DNA of 18,297 bases, taken from positions 1-18,297 of the forward strand of contig JAZDIV010000061.1 of the NCBI GenBank assembly GCA_043804695.1. Direction: 5' to 3'. The DNA is from PVC group bacterium. Its GTDB lineage: Bacteria > Auribacterota > Erginobacteria > Erginobacterales > Erginobacteraceae. Below the pieces are notes generated by a model. It made no database searches. It was not told where the DNA came from and saw only the letters and a list, made by a program, of their open reading frames with translations. The position numbers and the translations under genes are program-made. Of the stretch, positions 15,126-18,297 are shown piece by piece (position 1 is the first letter of the stretch; each line of letters opens with the position of its first letter).

Positions 15126-15638
15126 TTACTCTTCTTTGCTCAGAACCGCCTGATAATAGATGCCCTTCTTGCGGATCGTGTACCGATCGAACGGAGACGA
15201 TGCCAGCCACCCGCTGATCCGTTGCATCGATACCGCGCCCGGCAGGGGCAGCCGGACATTCGCCCGTTCATCCCGCCGCCGGATCCGGCTTTCCCACTCC
15301 CTGACATCATCAGGACGGGGATGGCGGTAATGACCGTAGAGAAGCGCCTCCCCCCCGTTTCTCAGCAGGCCGTACACCGTCTCCGGGGGAAGGATCGCGT
15401 TCGTCCTGCCGAGCACCTGCCAGCCGATGAAGAGATCGCAGCCGTCACTCCCCCCCGCCGCGGGCGCGGCCGGATCGGCCGCCTCCAGCGGGAAGGGCAG
15501 TCCGGCCTCCCGGCGCAGGAACCGGCAAAAGTCGGTATCGAAACCAAGAACGCCGACGCCGGACCGTGTGCCTGACAGGTCACGGGCAATCTCTTCCCAG
15601 ATTGCTCTTTTGACCGGATCGATCTTCATTTTATTCAT
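15126..15638 (-). CDS. Hypothetical protein, possibly a degenerate class I SAM methyltransferase fold
   Basis: 170 aa, GGGAG RBS 7 nt upstream, GC-rich body with AT-rich boundaries; VGVLG, CDLFIG and VYGLLRNGGEALL resemble methyltransferase motifs I-III. Confidence 0.6.
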   Translation of the reverse strand: MNKMKIDPVKRAIWEEIARDLSGTRSGVGVLGFDTDFCRFLRREAGLPFPLEAADPAAPAAGGSDGCDLFIGWQVLGRTNAILPPETVYGLLRNGGEALLYGHYRHPRPDDVREWESRIRRRDERANVRLPLPGAVSMQRISGWLASSPFDRYTIRKKGIYYQAVLSKEE

Positions 15639-15738
15639 TCACATTCTCCCACAAGCCCCTTGATTGGGCAAGAATAACAACAGACGGGGCCGGATCAGCC
15701 CCCGTCGGAGACGCGCCTCTGGCGCACAATAACTGTAT

Positions 15739-15789
15739 TGTGGGAGGGGTTTTTAACCCCGATTATCGGGTTAGGAAAGCCCTCCCACA
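15739..15789. repeat. GTGG-type REP doublet (REPIN-like)
   Basis: TGTGG-GA-GGGGTT-TTT-AACCCC-GA-T, and on the opposite strand TGTGG-GA-GGGCTTTCCTAACCC-GA-T, head to head. Confidence 0.75.
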
Positions 15790-16010
15790 GTTGCGAGGCT
15801 AAGTTCCTGCTTCGGAATTTTCCCGACATCCGTCGGAATCCCGATAACAATATTTTTAAATAAATGAATCGGGGCAATAATCTTATTTTTTCTGCGAAAA
15901 ATAAGAACGGTATATCTGAAGCCGACTGATAAATTATATTCCATGGTATAAACATAGTGGCTGAGGTTATCGGGCTATTTTATCGTGTTGCCTCGGTGAA
16001 AATATTTTAA

Positions 16011-16113
16011 TTAACCAGCAGCCCCCCGACTGAATCAGTCGGGGGGCCAGTATAAAGTAACGCCGAAGGCGCTAATTTATTTGTTTTTCTTGGTGTCTTG
16101 GTGCCTTGGTGGC
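16011..16113. repeat. Composite element in reverse orientation plus CTTGGTG nonamer array
   Basis: GCCCCCCGACTGA-A-TCAGTCGGGGGGC (16021-16047); family A 16052-16080; TTTTCTTGGTGTCTTGGTGCCTTGGTGGC (16085-16113), 27/29 identical to 7201-7229. Confidence 0.85.
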
Positions 16114-16175
16114 GATATGATATAGCTGAGGTACAGCCAACGCTGCCATCACCGGGGCGGGGAGTGGCGAAACCA

Positions 16176-17669
16176 ATGAGGAAAAGACCGCTGATAATTT
16201 TATCGTTGATCCTGATCACGATCCTGGTCCCGGGTGTGTCTTTCGGGGCGACGTCTGATACCGGACCTTATCTCAAGTTCTGCGGGGCCAACGGGACCAT
16301 CTTCGGCAGCTGCCATCTCCTCTACACCGGACAGAGCACCGTGCTGCTCGACTGCGGCCTCTTTCAGGAAGAGGGCTATCCCGAACGGGAGGTGGACCGG
16401 AGAAACCGGTTCCTCCCCTTTGAGCCCCGCGACATCGACTACATCCTTGTCTCCCACGCCCACGGCGACCACCTCGGCCGGCTGCCCTATCTGGTCAGGA
16501 AAGGCTTTTCCGGGAAAGTGTATTGCACCGAAGCCACCGCCGAAATTGCCGGGGAGATGCTCCGGCTTCTGTCCTGGATCCTCTCCCAGGACACCCCGCT
16601 TTACAACCAGAACCACCTGGAAGCCGCTCTCAAATGCCTCTCTCCCTGTAAATACAACCGGGCCTACACCCTCCCGGATGGACTTCGCTTCCGGTTTCTG
16701 GAGGCCGGCCACATCCTCGGCTCGGCGATGATCTATCTTGACTTTAAAAATGACGGCAGCGACTATTCCGTGCTCTTCACCGGTGATGTCGGCAACCCGG
16801 CGATCCCCCTTCTCCGCCGCCAGGAAACAGTGGAGGAGGTTGATTACCTGATCTGCGAATCGACCTACGGCAACCGCCTCCACGGCGATGACACGGCGGA
16901 ACTGGAGATGTTCCGGGAGATCATCAACACCGCCGTCACCAAAGGCGGTAAAGTGATCATCCCCTGCTATGTCCTCGACCGCACCCAGAACATCCTCTAC
17001 ACCCTGAACACGCTGATCCGGGATAAAAAGTTCGACCGGCCTTTCAACGTTTATGTTGACAGCGTCTATGCCAACAAGCTGACCAATATCTACCGGAAGC
17101 ACTCCCAGCTTTTTCACGATGACATCCGCCAGGAGATCCGGGAGAGGAAACAGCCGCTCTCTTTTCCCGCCCTTAAGGAATATAAACCGGATGAAAGAAT
17201 AAGCGGTCCGGCGGTCATCCTCGCCCCCAGCGGGATGGTCAATGTCGGTTCGGTCCTCACCCACCTGGCCAAGTATCTCCCCGATCCCGACAGCGCAGTC
17301 ATCTTTGTCGGCTATCAGCCGGAGGGGATGATGGGGAGGCAGCTGCTGGACGGAGCTGAATCGGTGAAGATCGGGGGTAAGATGGTGCCGGTGCGGGCGA
17401 AGTCGTACTACCTCAGCAGCTTCTCCGGACACGCCGATTACCGGCAGATCATCGACTGGCTGAAAAAGTTCAAGCGAATCGGCGAAATCTTCGTCGTCCA
17501 CGGCCAGCCCGACTCGTCGCAGGCTCTGGCGGAGCGCATCGAAGCCGAAACGCCTTTCCGGGCCGCGGTCCCCCAGTTCCTCCAGAAGATTTACCTCAAG
17601 CCCATCCTCGAAGAACACCCCGAGGTTTCATTGGAGAAAGCCGCTGGTCTCGCTGCAGTGAAGCAATAA
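16176..17669 (+). CDS. MBL-fold beta-CASP nuclease (CPSF73/Ysh1/TTHA0252-like) with N-terminal signal-peptide-like segment
   Basis: LLDCG, SHAHGDH, AGHILGS, FTGD, ESTYG, SGHAD and VHG motifs; ATG 16176 with GGGAG upstream. Confidence 0.92.
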   Translation: MRKRPLIILSLILITILVPGVSFGATSDTGPYLKFCGANGTIFGSCHLLYTGQSTVLLDCGLFQEEGYPEREVDRRNRFLPFEPRDIDYILVSHAHGDHLGRLPYLVRKGFSGKVYCTEATAEIAGEMLRLLSWILSQDTPLYNQNHLEAALKCLSPCKYNRAYTLPDGLRFRFLEAGHILGSAMIYLDFKNDGSDYSVLFTGDVGNPAIPLLRRQETVEEVDYLICESTYGNRLHGDDTAELEMFREIINTAVTKGGKVIIPCYVLDRTQNILYTLNTLIRDKKFDRPFNVYVDSVYANKLTNIYRKHSQLFHDDIRQEIRERKQPLSFPALKEYKPDERISGPAVILAPSGMVNVGSVLTHLAKYLPDPDSAVIFVGYQPEGMMGRQLLDGAESVKIGGKMVPVRAKSYYLSSFSGHADYRQIIDWLKKFKRIGEIFVVHGQPDSSQALAERIEAETPFRAAVPQFLQKIYLKPILEEHPEVSLEKAAGLAAVKQ

Positions 17670-17738
17670 ACCAGGCTGAGATAATACCACCCCGTTTATT
17701 GTCGATTAGAAAAGACTTCTGAAGATACGTTGTTGAAT

Positions 17739-17793
17739 TATTAAAATTGAAGGCCGGCCCGGATTGCATCCGGGCCGGCCTTCACTTTTAATA
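17739..17793. terminator. Probable bidirectional intrinsic terminator between the nuclease gene and tRNA-Glu
   Basis: 17-bp perfect stem TGAAGGCCGGCCCGGAT-TGC-ATCCGGGCCGGCCTTCA flanked by TATTAAAA and TTTTAATA, between convergent genes. Confidence 0.75.
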
Positions 17794-17864
17794 GCCCCTA
17801 GGGGAATCGAACCCCTGTCTCCAGACTGAGAATCTGGCATCCTGGGCCACTAGACGAAGGGGCC
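17792..17864 (-). tRNA. tRNA-Glu(CTC)
   Basis: GGCCCCTTCGTCTAGTGGCCCAGGATGCCAGATTCTCAGTCTGGAGACAGGGGTTCGATTCCCCTAGGGGCTA; anticodon arm CCAGA-TT-CTC-AG-TCTGG; T-loop TTCGATT; CCA not encoded. Confidence 0.95.
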
Positions 17865-18064
17865 TGAAATTTTACTTCGTAAAAATTTATCATGTATTTT
17901 CCCGAAAGGGAAAATAAAATATCGTTTTCGGCGTTGATACAGCAATTTAAAATATACATATAAAAATCCGGGAAGTATTTCAAGTCCAAATGCTCGACCT
18001 ATTACGGTAAGCCCTGATAATCATAAAACAAGAAGGAAAAATATTATTTCAGTTGCTTTTTCGC

Positions 18065-18117
18065 CTTTTTCAAAAGACCGATAATCGAGTAACCCGATTA
18101 TCGGTCTTTTGAAAAAG
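18065..18117. repeat. Perfect 23-bp inverted repeat just downstream of tRNA-Lys
   Basis: CTTTTTCAAAAGACCGATAATCG-AGTAACC-CGATTATCGGTCTTTTGAAAAAG. Confidence 0.95.
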
Positions 18118-18122
18118 TAAAA

Positions 18123-18196
18123 TACCTCCGGAAGGATTTGAACCTTCAACAAACGGATTAAGAGTCCGCTGCTCTACCAGATTGAGCTACGGAGGC
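18123..18196 (-). tRNA. tRNA-Lys(CTT)
   Basis: GCCTCCGTAGCTCAATCTGGTAGAGCAGCGGACTCTTAATCCGTTTGTTGAAGGTTCAAATCCTTCCGGAGGTA; anticodon arm GCGGA-CT-CTT-AA-TCCGT; CCA not encoded. Confidence 0.95.
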
Positions 18197-18217
18197 GAAT
18201 TCTAAAATTCTGCGCTC

Positions 18218-18245
18218 ACTATACGGATTTTCACCCGCCCGGCAA
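18218..18245 (-). promoter_or_regulatory. Candidate sigma70 promoter for tRNA-Lys
   Basis: Minus strand TTGCCG-16 nt-TATAGT, followed by a GC-rich GAGCGC discriminator, about 21 nt before the tRNA. Confidence 0.45.
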
Positions 18246-18297
18246 GAAATTTTTTCCGGCACCCGAAATGATCGCCAATAATCTCCCTCTCCTCCGA

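Noticed and set aside
6427..15820. ATTGAAA-containing repeats as a CRISPR array
   Set aside because: Copies are kilobases apart, with no regular repeat-spacer period and no cas genes in the window.
4184..16080. Family-A hairpins as integron attC sites
   Set aside because: They lack the RYYYAAC...GTTRRRY bounding cores in the right order, are too short, flank housekeeping genes, and no integrase is present.
15695..16219. Short ORFs 15695-15955 and 16007-16219, and the 16098 extension of the nuclease
   Set aside because: They run through repeat elements and AT-rich spacer; peptides such as HQGTKTPR and VPWW are translations of the CTTGGTG array.
70..17618. Long overlapping or antisense ORFs (e.g. 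70-966, 1202-2227, 2861-3751, 4693-5583, 7766-8860, 13010-13975, 14215-15033, 16200-17618)
   Set aside because: Shadow frames of well-supported GC-rich genes, with no recognisable motifs.
15126..17864. Genomic island integrated at tRNA-Glu
   Set aside because: No integrase, and no duplicate of the tRNA 3' end found in the window.
17798..17989. 63-aa ORF
   Set aside because: Overlaps tRNA-Glu; AT-rich, with no coding signature.

Overview
Chromosomal segment of a diderm bacterium (PagL-like, Mla and LolA-like genes; exact taxon not determinable from sequence). Coding regions are GC-rich and spacers are AT-rich. Minus strand: a hypothetical gene, lolA-like, mlaE-mlaF-mlaD, psd-pssA, a TPR-LysM-L,D-transpeptidase and a short ArgA-like GNAT; then leuC-leuD-leuB-asd-truA. 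Plus strand: pagL-like, nudF-like and a beta-CASP metallo-beta-lactamase-fold nuclease that appears to carry a signal peptide. tRNA-Glu(CTC) and tRNA-Lys(CTT) lie at the right end. The most unusual content is in the spacers, almost all of which are mosaics of small palindromic elements: (1) nine copies of an AATTAGC...GCTAATT hairpin whose interchangeable tips covary to keep C-GNA-G triloops and tandem GA:GA pairs on one strand, a single-stranded-DNA structural signature; (2) a two-hairpin composite element; (3) a dispersed TTGAAATTCCGAARCAG half-site; (4) inverted 7-9-mer arrays that are themselves interrupted by other hairpins; (5) a GTGG-type REP doublet; and (6) several 17-28 bp near-perfect palindromes, one of which mirrors the last codons of mlaE. 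Protein-level oddities are a LeuB with NADP-type Lys-Tyr cofactor residues, an MlaD with a probable C-terminal beta-barrel, and the putatively exported beta-CASP nuclease.
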